NCBI RefSeq assembly: GCF_004010195.1 | Contig: NC_057757.1 | Location: 5,014,416 to 5,078,415, forward strand | From: Chiloscyllium plagiosum | Lineage: Eukaryota | DNA: 64,000 bases | Direction: 5' to 3' | Part shown: in pieces, positions 63,027 through 64,000 of the stretch | How the letters are laid out: the number at the start of each line of letters is the position of its first letter | How positions within the stretch are numbered: position 1 is the stretch's first letter | The notes under the pieces: model-generated | Databases searched by the model: none | Seen by the model: only the letters and a program-made list of their open reading frames with translations | What the model was told of the DNA's origin: nothing | Translations under genes and position numbers: made by a program

Positions 63027-63210
63027 AGGAGGAAGGACTATGGAGCCATGAACCAGCAATGGGCGAAGGAAGTGACCAACGTACAGGGAGCGAGGGGAAT
63101 CAAAGCTGGGATTGCCCAGAATCCCCATCTTCTGATTCGGATGACTACATTTCTGACTTTGATAGTGTGCCGTCTGACGAGGAATTAACTGGAGAACATG
63201 ACTATCTCAG
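63027..63210 (+). CDS. second coding exon of the downstream gene (EEEGLWSHEPAMGEGS...SDSDDYISDFDSVPSDEELTGEHDYLR); possibly an Occludin/ELL-domain (OCEL1/ELL-like) protein
   Basis: ttttttatccctgtaactgtag acceptor, CAG|gtactc donor, 184 nt, phase 1-2, acidic open frame. Confidence 0.65.
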
Positions 63211-63324
63211 GTACTCCCTGCAAGATATGTTACCTAAAGTGCTGCCGGCTTCCAAATGGTCCTAAATCCTTGTGTGTTCTCTTACTGTGGAGAGAAATGT
63301 TGAGTCAAGTATTGTTAACGAACT

Positions 63325-63940
63325 GGAGTTGTTAATGTTGCTAAACTAGTAATCCAGAGGCCCAGACAAAATGTAGTAAGAGTCTAGATTAGAGTGGTGC
63401 TGGAAAAGCACAGCAGGTCAGGCAGCATCCGAGGAGCAGGAAAACAACCTGCAGTGCTTTTCCAGCACCACTCTAATCTAGGCTCTGGTTTGCAGTCCTT
63501 GTTTTTACCAAAATGTAGTTAGTCATGGGACCCACTGCATTATTTAGTGGATTTAAATTCAATTAAGAAAGAACTGCTAGTCTCAACAATGGTGACTGTG
63601 AAAGTATCATCTGTACTCTTACTAAATCTATCTTGTTCACTAATGTCCTTTTAAGTGATGGTGTCACTAGACCAGTAATCCAAAACGCTATGTAAATGTT
63701 CTGGGGTCATGGATTTTGAATCCTACCATAGCAAATTCGAAATCAATAAATATTTAGAACGAAAAAAACTGGCCTATTGGCAAGAATGCAAATACGTTAA
63801 TTGTCACAAAATCCCATCTGGTTCACTAATGTCTTGTTTAAGGAAGGAAATTTGAGATCTTCACCTGGTCTGACCTCCATGTGACTCCAGACCCACAACA
63901 ATGTAAATGACTCTTAGCTGACCTCTGAAATCCTCAAATA
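63325..63940 (+). mobile_element. two tandem copies of the second shark tRNA-SINE family
   Basis: repeated (GTCACTAGAC/TAAAC)..AGTAATCCA heads at ~63340 and ~63660, with shared GTTCACTAATGTC bodies. Confidence 0.55.
63378..63508. mobile_element. short Penelope-like inverted-pLTR insertion with 11-bp TSD inside a SINE
   Basis: TAGATTAGAGTGGTGCTGGAAAAGCAC / GTGCTTTTCCAGCACCACTCTAATCTA arms; CAAAATGTAGT at 63367-63377 and 63509-63519. Confidence 0.8.
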
Positions 63941-64000
63941 TTGAAACAGTCCATGCAATGTATCTGGGAGGAAGGCTGTTTGGAGGGCCAGTGTGCACTA

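Noticed and set aside
1-64000. CRISPR array, rRNA, prokaryotic operon or endogenous virus
   Set aside because: No regularly spaced repeat-spacer array, rRNA signature or viral gag/pol/env motif was seen; the repeats are dispersed eukaryotic retroelements.

Overview
Vertebrate genomic DNA, almost certainly a cartilaginous fish (shark), judged by HE1/V-SINEs, Deu-domain SINEs and HER1-type CR1 LINEs. There are no prokaryotic features or CRISPR arrays. Positions 1-33 kb hold the 3' half of a + strand GIGYF (GRB10-interacting GYF) gene. I could splice 11 phase-consistent coding exons (645-28561) plus a candidate 60-nt in-frame cassette exon, followed by a ~4.5 kb repeat-free 3' UTR. The protein has GIGYF1-diagnostic motifs but keeps the long coiled coil and C-terminus typical of GIGYF2. 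Positions 33-59 kb are a retroelement-rich intergenic tract (CR1, L2, SINEs, Penelope-like elements) with multi-level nesting. A CpG-island promoter at ~60.0-60.8 kb precedes two + strand coding exons joined by a GC-AG intron (possibly an Occludin/ELL-domain protein) and may also fire leftward. The most unusual sequence signals are: (1) three different Penelope-like families carrying minimal hammerhead-ribozyme cores, one inside a perfect 121-bp-arm hairpin with a 15-bp TSD in a GIGYF intron; (2) an inverted pair of young CR1 copies bracketing three phase-0 exons (483 nt, stop-free if circularised); (3) a four-level nested retroelement stack. There is an assembly gap at 9628-10303. All family assignments come from recalled consensus and protein sequences, not from database searches.
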